Of a DNA stretch of 64,000 nt, positions 39,701 to 47,967 are shown one piece after another. A program made the position numbers and the translations under genes. The notes beneath the pieces are model-generated. The model was given only the letters and a program-made list of their open reading frames with translations, ran no database searches and was not told the DNA's origin. Where the stretch lies: NCBI GenBank assembly GCA_046733535.1, contig JBKPPH010000055.1:285-64284 (forward strand). Reading direction: 5' to 3'. The stretch is from Acidobacteriota bacterium (lineage in GTDB: Bacteria > Acidobacteriota > Blastocatellia > Pyrinomonadales > Pyrinomonadaceae). Positions within the stretch are counted from its first letter, which is position 1, and each line of letters opens with the position of its first letter.

Positions 39701-40037
39701 CGGTCGAGAGCCACGCGACGTGATCAATTACTGGCAGGGTCGTTCAACGTTCCCGCAGGAGACTATCACCGACCAATGGTTTAGTGAGGCGCAGTTTGAA
39801 AGTTATCGCACTCTCGGTTCGTCGATCATCGATGCGATTTATCCGGACCGCGAACGCAAAATGACGCTGGAATCGTTTGCGCAGAGCGCACAAGCACACA
39901 ACGAACTCCGATTTGATGCGTTCCGGGAGCAGATCGGCCTGCTTGCGCTGGAGCACAAGTTCAAAGAAGTGATGCAGGACGCTCCGGATTCCTACGGCTC
40001 GAAGGTGCGTGATTTTATGAAGACGATGCTTCGTTAA
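36780..40037 (+). CDS. Patatin-like phospholipase interrupted by a polytopic membrane domain
   Basis: GGGVRS oxyanion motif (37227-37244). TVSGG nucleophile elbow (Ser codon 37323-37325). About 10-11 hydrophobic helices across aa 235-700. LSDGGHFENLG with the dyad Asp codon at 39384-39386. AGAGGGA RBS. Confidence 0.8.
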   Translation: MNNNGEAAEPTREIFFCEILLEEYEGLNQPGLDEAEVRDIRNQLNHYRTTVGCPHREPQPVFEGRILKRIYRLMYEAQERTAEQSALSAGEKDCDKECLSQAGALATISDISIGIPTLNGNLAGHHGSLIPEQREKLAGCTLRSALCLSGGGVRSATFNLGILQGLARHGLLDKFDYLSTVSGGGFIGGWLSAWIRRNGINEVVDELAKPPKTPLTPDPNQVEHLRIYSNYLSPRPGLLSADTWTLVASVVRNLMLNWLVFVPVFLAFLLVPRMWISALISSAKYQSYTIPISLAIGFLSGLWALSYIGRNLPSSQDYRSVKPNPKCYKVEEGRFISRCLIWLVVSAAALAMCLWTCCQPGSPPLPWYYYPAFLAVTSLLAWISAAWKISKITPNEKKNSRYLGMLLKATGIIVLLVPLILGVIVSYIISRGLPTFHQHPVSYAVFSVPVILLLMGIKGVLITGFTSRFSRDQDQEWWARAGGWVLIVVLAWSAVHLLVLYGPLLLLSLGRMYQTLTTTSKGLSGLAWRDWGKLLATVAGIVSGIVTIIGGFSAKTPANSKEAEKAGTGGIFLGFATQVLAPVFLGFLIVLLSFATNWILISRPSRIISNFVGGAVVPYLTHPVAAWHMTLLKTTPFRLLVGLAILIAVFGAVMNWMISTNVFSLQYLWRNRIIRAYLGASHCNRRPDRFTGFDSFDNLQMHELWPQPGHGDTCTEREDRPQEDLVPVRHSRKLFHVLNMALNLTGGEKLQWQDRRAESFTVSPLHAGSYWLGYRRSTEYGGDDGITLGASIAISGAFVSPNMGFMMTSPVVRFLMAVFNVRFGWWMGNPGPAGEDTFKRDTPKLSVLPFLAEAFGTIDDKSRYVYLSDGGHFENLGLYEMVLRRCRFIVVSDATTDPDYSFQSLAMSIRQIRVDLGVPIEIPEMAVGVPSQNLKSKYCAIGRIAYSCVDKAPGDSRPNEDFDGILILIKPSLIGREPRDVINYWQGRSTFPQETITDQWFSEAQFESYRTLGSSIIDAIYPDRERKMTLESFAQSAQAHNELRFDAFREQIGLLALEHKFKEVMQDAPDSYGSKVRDFMKTMLR

Positions 40038-40107
40038 CAGTTTAGCCGCGAAGAGGCACAAAAGCTCAAAACCGGCATGGCTTTGGCTCAAAACTCGAAG
40101 ATCATTC

Positions 40108-40264
40108 TTGGAGAAAGTCAGTACAGGGAGCGGTAGCAACCTGGTCAACGATTGGAGTCAAAAATCTTTAGGAAATATCGCATGCTGATCACTGACCAGG
40201 TCGCTACCGCTCCCTGTACTGACCGTCTCCAAGCCTGACGTCTGACTTTTGAGTCAGGCTAACC
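40108..40264. repeat. Family 3 element: truncated copy plus full inverted copy forming a long hairpin
   Basis: Left arm TTGGAGAAAGTCAGTACAGGGAGCGGTAGCAACCTGGTCA (40108-40147). Right arm TGACCAGGTCGCTACCGCTCCCTGTACTGACCGTCTCC (40193-40230). The full copy spans 40176-40264. Confidence 0.8.
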
Positions 40265-40290
40265 GGCATTGATGGTTTTGTGCTTTGTGC

Positions 40291-40992
40291 TTAAGGTTTT
40301 GTGACCTCAAGCCCTGTGACAAGAACTTCGGTGTTGTGTGCGAAGCGAAGGCCGTAAACGCCGTCAGTTGATTTGAGCTTGCCGGTGGTGACGAGGTCTG
40401 ATTTGTTATAACTCGCAACCACCTTTTTATTGATCGCACACTCGACCTTGTCGCCCTTCACTGACATCGCGATTTCCTGTGTTACGGGTTCGCCCGGGCC
40501 GGCTGCTTTGTTAACTGCCGGATCCGCCGCACCGCGTGGTCCATTCATTTGAAATGGGTCTGGTCCAAAACCGCGCACGATGAAGTTGCCGGTGCCGTAC
40601 GCTGCGCAGTACAAGTAACTCTGCTGGCCCGTTCCCAGATCGTTGCCCGCGATCATTAACCCGTAAGGATGAGGGTGGTTATTGAGGTTCATGTACTTCG
40701 GTTCCTTGAACGTCGCTTTGACTGTGTAATCGCCAGTCGCTTTGTTCGCGGGATTCCAGTAAGTTACTGCGGGTCCGGTAATGACGTGCAAGGCGTTGCC
40801 CTCGTTAGACAACTTCGCGCTGTTGAGTGTCATGCCGGCGAGTTCTTCTTTAACATCGATCTTTCCGGTCCAGCCGGGGACAGAGATTCCGCCGCCGGCG
40901 ACGCCGCGCGAAGTTTCCATCTGCCCACCCTGAGAGAAATGTGCGGCCGGCAGTGACAGAATTGCTAGAGCTAGAGCAGCAAGGTAACGCAT
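40291..40992 (-). CDS. Secreted jelly-roll protein (LamG/DUF1080-like; weak call)
   Basis: Signal peptide MRYLAALALAILSLPAAH and GGAGG RBS. Beta-rich sequence with YTVKATFKEP..GLMIAG..YGLRFAHN. The start is taken at ATG 40992. Confidence 0.5.
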   Translation of the reverse strand: MRYLAALALAILSLPAAHFSQGGQMETSRGVAGGGISVPGWTGKIDVKEELAGMTLNSAKLSNEGNALHVITGPAVTYWNPANKATGDYTVKATFKEPKYMNLNNHPHPYGLMIAGNDLGTGQQSYLYCAAYGTGNFIVRGFGPDPFQMNGPRGAADPAVNKAAGPGEPVTQEIAMSVKGDKVECAINKKVVASYNKSDLVTTGKLKSTDGVYGLRFAHNTEVLVTGLEVTKP

Positions 40993-41038
40993 AGTGGCAA
41001 GCCTCCTCATGAACCGTGTTTTGGAAAGGGGAAACGAT

Positions 41039-41326
41039 ATGGCAGAAGAGAAAATACTGACCAAACATCCGCAAGGCAAGAGCGGACGAAACATCAGCAA
41101 GGAATCTTACGACCAGCTCACAACCGCGATCCTGTCGGCACTGCAAAAGAAAGAGCTAACGCACGACGAATTGTTCGAGCAGCTCAATAAGAATTTGAAA
41201 GGTAAGTTCTCGGGGAATATCAGTTGGTATGGTGAGACGGTGAAGCTCGATCTCGAAGCGAGGAAGATCATCGAGCGGACGGGTTCCAAACCTCAGACGT
41301 ATCGAGTGCTACCCGGTAAGAAGTAA
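41039..41326 (+). CDS. Small conserved hypothetical protein (DUF6958-like; recalled from memory)
   Basis: MAEEKILTKHPQGKSGRNISKESYDQL..ISWYGETVKLDLEARKIIER; GGGGA RBS. Its 3-prime end overlaps the convergent gene by 34 nt. Confidence 0.45.
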   Translation: MAEEKILTKHPQGKSGRNISKESYDQLTTAILSALQKKELTHDELFEQLNKNLKGKFSGNISWYGETVKLDLEARKIIERTGSKPQTYRVLPGKK

Positions 41327-41673
41327 GCCGAAGCCTGGCGGCGAAAGACGAAGTACAGAATCACGGCAAAGATTACCACGTGCAGCAACAACTGCATGAC
41401 GGAATGAAGGGCACTGACGACTACGTGGAACACCATCCAAACAACGAGGAGCCAGCGTGCCCAATTGCGGCCGTAGAGCATGAACACCCCCGCAACCACT
41501 GCGATCATCCGCGCCAGATAAACCATCCAGTGTGCTTTTAACTCCGGAATCCATTGTGCAAAGGTGATACCGCCGAGTGGCAGCAATGCAGCGATGAGGG
41601 AGATGCTGCCGAAAACGATGAATACCCAACCAATAATGGTGATGGATCGCGGGCGCGGGTGCATGCGAGCCAT
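41293..41673 (-). CDS. Small integral membrane protein (4 TM)
   Basis: From MARMHPRPRSITIIGWVFIVFG..; four hydrophobic segments. The start is taken at ATG 41673. Confidence 0.5.
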   Translation of the reverse strand: MARMHPRPRSITIIGWVFIVFGSISLIAALLPLGGITFAQWIPELKAHWMVYLARMIAVVAGVFMLYGRNWARWLLVVWMVFHVVVSALHSVMQLLLHVVIFAVILYFVFRRQASAYFLPGSTRYV

Positions 41674-41681
41674 ATGATAAC

Positions 41682-42182
41682 TTAACGCAAACGGATCCTG
41701 CGCCGGTAAAACAGGACGCCTCCAGCGAGGGCCAAAGCAGCGGCGCCACCACCACCAAACATCAACCACCGATAACCCGCTGAAGAGGAAGCAGACAATT
41801 TATTCTGAGGCCGCGCGCTTTCCTGATACGCACGCGCTTCAGCATTTGCGATTGCAGTTTCCAAACGCTGCCGGCTCGTCTGCAATAAATTGAGTTGCGC
41901 CTGCACACCCTCTCTTTCGATCGTCAACTGGCGACGTCGCGTCTCACGCAACTCCTCAGGCTTCGTCGAACCGATTCCCGCCAGCGAATGCTCGATGTTT
42001 TCAGGTTTCAAACTCTCATCGAGCTGCTGCACCCGAACGCGCAGAGCCTCTTCCTTGGTCTGCACCTCGAGTAACTGTGCCCTTAGTTTCTCGACAGATT
42101 CCGCGGCACTCGAGGACTCCTGCGCCTTCGTTGTCACCGTAAAAATCGAAACCAACAAGACCAGAAATAATGTGGCCTTCAT
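41682..42182 (-). CDS. Secreted coiled-coil protein with C-terminal TM anchor
   Basis: Signal peptide MKATLFLVLLVSIFTVTTKA. Heptad-like, E/Q/R/L-rich middle. C-terminal WLMFGGGGAAALALAGGVLFYRRR. Confidence 0.5.
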   Translation of the reverse strand: MKATLFLVLLVSIFTVTTKAQESSSAAESVEKLRAQLLEVQTKEEALRVRVQQLDESLKPENIEHSLAGIGSTKPEELRETRRRQLTIEREGVQAQLNLLQTSRQRLETAIANAEARAYQESARPQNKLSASSSAGYRWLMFGGGGAAALALAGGVLFYRRRIRLR

Positions 42183-42256
42183 CGCCGCCTCCAGGACGTT
42201 CAAGCATTGTCGACGTCTCGATAGTAACGCGAAAATCAGGCCAAAAGTGTGTCAGG

Positions 42257-42286
42257 ATCCGTGTCAATCCGTGTAAATCTCGCGGC
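42257..42286. repeat. Family 1 half-element
   Basis: ATCCGTG-TCA-ATCCGTG-TAA-ATCTCGCGGC. Confidence 0.5.
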
Positions 42287-42300
42287 CTAAAACACCGAGG

Positions 42301-44163
42301 CTAAGGGCGCAAGCGGATGCGGGCGAGGAGGTCGGTGAATTTGCGGTTTGAGCGGAGCTTGGAGAAGACGGGATCGACTTTGAGATTCATTAACCAGATG
42401 TCGCGGCCTTCGACGGCGGTTTCCAACCACTTGAACGCCTCGTCCTGATCGCCGAGACCGGCATGAATCGCCGCGACTGTGTATGGCGAGACGTAGCGTG
42501 TTCCCTGCAACTGCTGCAAGTCGGTGAGCACTTGTTTCGCTTCCGCAGTTTTTCCTGAAGCAGCGTAAGCATGTCCGAGAAGCGCAAGCATCAACGGACT
42601 ACCCGAAAGCTTCACGCCCGTCTGAAACTCCGCGATCGCCTCCGCATACATTCCCTTCGCTTCATAAGCGAGACCGAGATAGCGACGCGCGGGAAATGAA
42701 CTCGGATCGAGTTCGAGAATTTTCTTGCACTGCGCGATCGCTTTATCGTTCTGCCCTGACAGGTAATAGATCCAGCCGAGGTGTGAGCTCGCGACGAACG
42801 AGAGTGGCTCCAGCTCCTCCGTCCGTTTTGCCTCAGCAATCGCTTCATCAAAACGCTCGACTGCAACAAGGTACGAGCTGTACCACTGGTGCGCCGGAGC
42901 ATAAGCAGGCTTGAGCCTGATCGCCGTCTGGAATTCACGTTCGGTCGCCGCGCGATCCCAATCCCAACGAAACTTTATGAAAGCGAGCGACGTGTGCGCT
43001 TCGGCTGAGCTTTCGTCGATCTCGAGTGCGCGTTCGGCTGCTTCCTTCGCTTTTGGAAAACCTTCTTTCGGTTCCAACCTGCCGTACACGACGAGCATGT
43101 TGTAACAGTCCGCGAGCCCCGCGTACGCGGCACCATAATTCGAATCGATCGCGATCGCCTGGTTGAAAAACTCAATCGCTTCCTGCAACGCATCACCCGT
43201 GCGCTTGTTCCAGGCGTTGCGGCCTTTGAGATAAAGTCGATAAGCCTCGAGCTGCTTCTTCTCCTCGACGTTCAACTTGAGACGCAAGTTCTCGAAGATG
43301 TCGCGCGAGATGTCGTCCTGCACCAGCAGCACGTCGGAAACTTTATGATCGTAGTGCTGCCCCCAGATTTGAGCGAGGTTTTCAACGTCGATCAGATCAG
43401 CCTGAATACTGACGATGTCGCCATGGCGACGCATGCGACCCGTCACCACTGCGCGAACGTTCAACTCCTCGCCGGCCTTGCCGGGATCGATCTGCTTCCC
43501 TTTGTAGCCGGCAACAACACTGCGCGGCACGACGCGTAGCTGCGGCAGCTTTGAGAGACTATTGATCAAGCTCTCCGCGATCTTGTCATTAATATATTCG
43601 GCGTCAGGATCGGAAGACTCGTCGACGAAGGGCAAGACCGCGATCGACTGAATGGCGGACGCGTTTCCGGCTTTGCCCCAGCCCGTGAAATAGACGATGC
43701 CGATAATGGCGATCGCGATGATGCCGGCGGCCATGGCAAACATGGGAGTTCGCTTGATTCCGGCAAGTTGATTGCTGGTGTTGGGAATCGAAACAACAGG
43801 CTGCGGAGTCTCGATAGGTTTAGAGTCGTTATTCGGCGCGTGACTGGTCTCCGCGACAAACCGGTAGCCACGACGCGGCACGGTTTCAATAAACTGCACT
43901 CCGCCCGGCGTCTCACCCAGCGCCTTGCGCAGAAGCGAGATGTTTTGCGTGAGATTTCCCTCCTCTACAAAGGTGTTTGGCCACACTCGTTTCATCAGTT
44001 CGTCTTTGGCCATCACCTGCCCGCCGTGTTCGACGAGGGTGACGAGGATGTCAAAGACTTTTGGCGTGAGCGGAACGGGCTCGCCTTCGCGCAACAGGAC
44101 GCGTTCCGCCACCTTGAGGCGAAAACGACCGAATTCGTAACTGTGATTGTCCTGCTGACCCAT
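42301..44163 (-). CDS. CadC/OmpR-type winged-helix regulator with TM segment and periplasmic TPR domain
   Basis: YEFGRFRLKVAERVLLREGEPVPLTPKVFDILVTLVEHGGQVMAKDELMKRVWP..ETVPRRGYRF, then one TM helix and multiple TPR repeats. Confidence 0.85.
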   Translation of the reverse strand: MGQQDNHSYEFGRFRLKVAERVLLREGEPVPLTPKVFDILVTLVEHGGQVMAKDELMKRVWPNTFVEEGNLTQNISLLRKALGETPGGVQFIETVPRRGYRFVAETSHAPNNDSKPIETPQPVVSIPNTSNQLAGIKRTPMFAMAAGIIAIAIIGIVYFTGWGKAGNASAIQSIAVLPFVDESSDPDAEYINDKIAESLINSLSKLPQLRVVPRSVVAGYKGKQIDPGKAGEELNVRAVVTGRMRRHGDIVSIQADLIDVENLAQIWGQHYDHKVSDVLLVQDDISRDIFENLRLKLNVEEKKQLEAYRLYLKGRNAWNKRTGDALQEAIEFFNQAIAIDSNYGAAYAGLADCYNMLVVYGRLEPKEGFPKAKEAAERALEIDESSAEAHTSLAFIKFRWDWDRAATEREFQTAIRLKPAYAPAHQWYSSYLVAVERFDEAIAEAKRTEELEPLSFVASSHLGWIYYLSGQNDKAIAQCKKILELDPSSFPARRYLGLAYEAKGMYAEAIAEFQTGVKLSGSPLMLALLGHAYAASGKTAEAKQVLTDLQQLQGTRYVSPYTVAAIHAGLGDQDEAFKWLETAVEGRDIWLMNLKVDPVFSKLRSNRKFTDLLARIRLRP

Positions 44164-44452
44164 TAAAACCGGCCTTGAGAAACATCTTTGAGGAAATCTT
44201 GAGTGCCGTCTGAGGACTTAGCGAGCGTTCCCACTCTAAGATTAGGCGCTCGAAAAGCTCTAAAACAACTTTGGTTAAGACAAATCGTTAGGCGGAGTGA
44301 TTGTAATCCAAGCATCCACCGCGAGCAACGAGCTACTTACGACAAGGAATCTCCCCATGATTAATGAGAAAAAAACTTCCGAGGTCATCGAAACGTCGCT
44401 GATTTATCTGTTGAGTGCTGCCGTGGCCGTCGGCGCATTCGTCCTGGTCTGG

Positions 44453-45973
44453 CTAGTCTCTTTGCTCCTGGGATTTGGCCAGGCCTGACTTTCTGATGAG
44501 CAGCCACGCACTGCCGCCGCTCGCCAGCGCGAGGGCTGCCGACAGGATCATGATTACCCGAAAGCCAAACACAAACGACTCGGCGACCGCCTCTTTGATC
44601 TTCTCGCGCGTCGCCGGGTCAGTGTTTGGCGGCAACTCCAAACCCGCCAGTTTCACCCGCTCTTGATAAACCGCATGTTTCAGTTGCTCATCCATCTGAA
44701 GCTCGTTCATTCGGTTCGCCAGTGTTTGGCTGAAGGCATGCAGCATTACAACTCCAAACACAGCGATCGCCAGCAGACCCGCAGTGCGTGAGACCGCGTT
44801 GTTGATGCCCGACGCCACCCCCGCCTGTTCCTCACCGACAGAACTCATCACCGTCGTCGTCAAAGGCGCCACGATGATCGTCATTCCAAATCCAAGCACG
44901 AGAACCGCCGGGAAGAAACTTGTCCAGTAGTTTCCACTCACAGCCGGAACCGCGAACAGCGCAAAGCCGGCGGCGGCAATGATCGGTCCAATCGTCAGCG
45001 GCAGACGAGCGCCGAAGCGATCGATCAAACCGCCGGCCCAGCGAGATAACGAAAACATCAGGGCGACGAACGGCAGCAACGCAGCACCGGCCGCAGTTGC
45101 CGAATAACCCTGGATCTGAATCAAGTTGAGTGGAAGAAAGAAGAACGTGCCGCCGAGGGCCGCGTAGAGAAGCAGCGTCAGAATATTCGCGCCCGAGAAA
45201 TTCCGGCTGCGGAAGAGCCGCAGAGGCACCATCGGACTCTTTGTACGAGCTTCCTGGAAAACAAAGAACGCCAAAGACACGGCGCCGCCAATGAGCGTCA
45301 ACAGCACGAGCGGGTTTGAAAAACCAAGCCGCGGTGATTCGATCAATCCGTAGACGACGCCGCCCAAGCCAACAGTCGCGAGCGCAGTGCCCAACCAATC
45401 AAGCCGCCCGCGCTGATTCTTTTCACGACTTTCCGGCACTTTCCAAACTGAAATCAAAAGCACTGCGACTGCGAGCGGGAGATTGACGAAGAACGCCGCG
45501 CGCCATGACCAGTGCTCGACAAGCCAGCCGCCGAACACCGGACCGATCGCAGTAGTGATCGCGGAGAAACCTGACCACGTACCGATCGCTTTGCCGCGCT
45601 TGTCTTCGTCGAACGACGAACTGATAAGCGCGAGACTGCCGGGAACAAGCAGCGCGCCCCCAATTCCCTGCACCGCGCGAGCAACGATCAACTGTTCGAT
45701 ACTCGCAGCCATGCCGCAGAGCGCGGACGCGACCGCAAAGATCACGACGCCGATGTTGAAGATCTTGCGCCGTCCATAACGATCGCCGAGTGATCCGCCG
45801 ACGAGTAGGAGTGCAGAGAGAAAGAGGGAGTAGGCTTCAATAACCCACTGGATACCGATCGCGGTGGCGTTGAGATCTTTCTGAAGGAAAGGAAGGGCGA
45901 CGTTGACGACGGTGCCATCGATAAAAGCCATGCTCGAGGCAAGAATCGTCGCCGCCAGAATCCAACGTCCCAT
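44453..45973 (-). CDS. MFS transporter, EmrB/QacA (DHA2, 14-TM) type
   Basis: SSMAFIDGTVVNVALP..LLLVGGSLGDRYGRRKIF motif, and about 14 hydrophobic segments. Confidence 0.85.
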   Translation of the reverse strand: MGRWILAATILASSMAFIDGTVVNVALPFLQKDLNATAIGIQWVIEAYSLFLSALLLVGGSLGDRYGRRKIFNIGVVIFAVASALCGMAASIEQLIVARAVQGIGGALLVPGSLALISSSFDEDKRGKAIGTWSGFSAITTAIGPVFGGWLVEHWSWRAAFFVNLPLAVAVLLISVWKVPESREKNQRGRLDWLGTALATVGLGGVVYGLIESPRLGFSNPLVLLTLIGGAVSLAFFVFQEARTKSPMVPLRLFRSRNFSGANILTLLLYAALGGTFFFLPLNLIQIQGYSATAAGAALLPFVALMFSLSRWAGGLIDRFGARLPLTIGPIIAAAGFALFAVPAVSGNYWTSFFPAVLVLGFGMTIIVAPLTTTVMSSVGEEQAGVASGINNAVSRTAGLLAIAVFGVVMLHAFSQTLANRMNELQMDEQLKHAVYQERVKLAGLELPPNTDPATREKIKEAVAESFVFGFRVIMILSAALALASGGSAWLLIRKSGLAKSQEQRD

Positions 45974-45977
45974 TTGG

Positions 45978-46037
45978 GCCACAGATTAACACGGATGACA
46001 CCGATCAATCGGAAATACAATCCGTGTTCATCGGCGG
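45978..46037. repeat. Family 1 palindromic element (imperfect)
   Basis: GCCACAGAT-TA-ACACGGAT-GA-CACCGAT CA ATCGG..ATCCGTGT-TC-ATCGGCGG. Confidence 0.7.
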
Positions 46038-46038
46038 T

Positions 46039-47304
46039 CTAAAATGGTTCGTCTATTGAGGCGCTTTGTTTCGTGAAAAACTTTGGACCATCCGGCCTGA
46101 TGTACAGGCAATCTTCCAAACGAATTCCGAACTCACCGTAGATGACGATCGTAGGCTCATCACTGAAACACATTCCCGGTTGAATCGGAGTCTTGTTGCC
46201 GCGTACAAAGTTGGTCCATTCATGACCGTCGAGACCGATGCCGTGCCCGGTGCGGTGTGGCAGGCCAGGCACCTTGTAATCTGGTCCAAAGCCGGCGTCC
46301 GTGATCACTTTACGCGCAGCCGCATCGACAGCCTCACACGGAGCACCGACTTTCGCCGCCGCAAAGCCGGCGTCCTGCGCCTTCTTTTCAAGGTCCCAGA
46401 TCTGTCGCTGGCGATCCGTGGCTTTGCCAAACACAAACGTGCGCGTGATGTCTGACTGGTAACCCTCGACACTACAACCGCCGTCCATCAACACGACGTC
46501 GCCTTGCTTCAAACGCTGCGGCGTGCTGCTGCCGTGTGGAAACGCGGTGTACTTCCCGAAACTGACGAATATTCCACCCGACGTTCCGAGCGCGCGAAAG
46601 GCTGCCGCGCAGTTGCCGGCAAACTCGCCCTGCGTCATTCCTTCCGTCATGCTGTCGCGCGTCGCTTTGTAGGCTTCGATCGTGATGTCGTTGGCGATCT
46701 GCATCAACGCCAGTTCGGCCGGCGATTTGAACATGCGGCAGCCCGCGGTGACTGGTGTTGCACTGACAAACTTCAACGCGGGCGCGGCGAGTCGAATCCC
46801 GTCGTACAAAAAGAAGCGCACACGTTCTTCCATGCCGACTGTTCCAGTGCGCACGCCGCGGTCTTTCAGAATTTCAGCAACGCGCTGGTAAGGGCTCTCG
46901 TCCTCTTCCCACGTGCGAATGTCTGTGCCCATGCGGATCAGTTCGCGCGCGCGTTCTTCTTCAAACTTCGGACACACCCACGCGAGCTCGCCGCGCGCCG
47001 GAATCACGACAGCAAACATTCTTTCGCTGGTGCCCCAACGCATGCCGGTGTAGTAGAACATGCTGCTGCCCGGCTCAATGTAGATCGCATCGATGCGGTG
47101 CTCGCGCATCAGTCGTTGCGCTTTGTCGATCCGGGCTTTGTACTCTTCAAGGGTGATGGGGACGACGTTATCGGTCATGCGACGCAAACGGCGGATCGCT
47201 TCCGGCTGCGAACCCTGTTGCGCGTATCCAACGGAACTGCCGAGCAGCGTTGCGCCAGCCACACCTGCTGACAAGCGTAGAAAGTCTCTGCGATCTGTGC
47301 ACAT
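46039..47304 (-). CDS. Tat-exported M24-family Xaa-Pro peptidase
   Basis: RRDFLRLSAGVAGATLL twin-arginine signal. DGGCSVEGYQSDITRT..HRTGHGIGLDGHE..EPTIVIYGEFGIRLED. Confidence 0.85.
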   Translation of the reverse strand: MCTDRRDFLRLSAGVAGATLLGSSVGYAQQGSQPEAIRRLRRMTDNVVPITLEEYKARIDKAQRLMREHRIDAIYIEPGSSMFYYTGMRWGTSERMFAVVIPARGELAWVCPKFEEERARELIRMGTDIRTWEEDESPYQRVAEILKDRGVRTGTVGMEERVRFFLYDGIRLAAPALKFVSATPVTAGCRMFKSPAELALMQIANDITIEAYKATRDSMTEGMTQGEFAGNCAAAFRALGTSGGIFVSFGKYTAFPHGSSTPQRLKQGDVVLMDGGCSVEGYQSDITRTFVFGKATDRQRQIWDLEKKAQDAGFAAAKVGAPCEAVDAAARKVITDAGFGPDYKVPGLPHRTGHGIGLDGHEWTNFVRGNKTPIQPGMCFSDEPTIVIYGEFGIRLEDCLYIRPDGPKFFTKQSASIDEPF

Positions 47305-47306
47305 GG

Positions 47307-47361
47307 GCGACAGATTAGCACGGAAAAACCAAATCCGTCCTTGTCCGTGTTAATCTGTGCC
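47307..47361. repeat. Family 1 palindromic element (imperfect) in a divergent promoter region
   Basis: GCGACAGAT-TA-GCACGGA .. ATCCGTC-CTTG-TCCGTGT-TA-ATCTGTGCC. It ends 1 nt before ATG 47363. Confidence 0.65.
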
Positions 47362-47362
47362 C

Positions 47363-47962
47363 ATGCCGCGCACAACTCATGATCTTCACGGCTCTGCTCC
47401 CGACAAATCCGAAGCCGTCCTGCTTTTGATCGACGTCATCAACGACTTCGAGTTTGAAGAGGGAGACCAACTCCTCGGGCTCGCGCTTCCCGTCGGCAAA
47501 AACATCGCGGAGCTGAAGAAGCGAGCCAGGGCGGCGGGAATTCCGTGTGTTTACGTGAACGATAACTTCGGCCGCTGGCAGTCAGACTTCAAAAAGATCG
47601 TCGACCATTGCAGTCGTGAAGACGCGAAAGGAAAAGCTTTTGTCAAACCACTCGCGCCTGACGACGACGATTACTTCGTGCTCAAACCAAAACACTCGGG
47701 CTTCTATTCGACGACTCTCGAACTGCTACTCACGCATCTCGGCGCGAAGAATTTGATCCTTACCGGCATCGCCGGAAACAACTGCGTGCTCTTCACCGCC
47801 AACGACGCTTACATGCGCGACTTCAAACTCTTCATCCCTGCGGACTGCGTCGTTTCGAACACGCAGGAGGAAAACGAGCACGCGTTGGAGCAGATGAAGA
47901 CCGTGCTGAAAGCTGACGTGACAGTCGGCTCCGAATTGGATCTCAAGTCGATCGGCGGCTAA
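47363..47962 (+). CDS. Isochorismatase-family cysteine hydrolase
   Basis: AVLLLIDVINDF..KPKHSGFYST.LE..L..LILTGIAGNNCV. Confidence 0.85.
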   Translation: MPRTTHDLHGSAPDKSEAVLLLIDVINDFEFEEGDQLLGLALPVGKNIAELKKRARAAGIPCVYVNDNFGRWQSDFKKIVDHCSREDAKGKAFVKPLAPDDDDYFVLKPKHSGFYSTTLELLLTHLGAKNLILTGIAGNNCVLFTANDAYMRDFKLFIPADCVVSNTQEENEHALEQMKTVLKADVTVGSELDLKSIGG

Positions 47963-47967
47963 AACAG

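Noticed and set aside
44357-44488. 43-aa ORF (MINEKKTSEVIETSLIYLLSAAVAVGAFVLVWLVSLLLGFGQA) with one TM helix
   Set aside because: It has an AAGGA upstream and a plausible TM helix. However, it overlaps the 3-prime end of the convergent MFS gene by 36 nt, and there is no further support. The evidence is not enough to call it.
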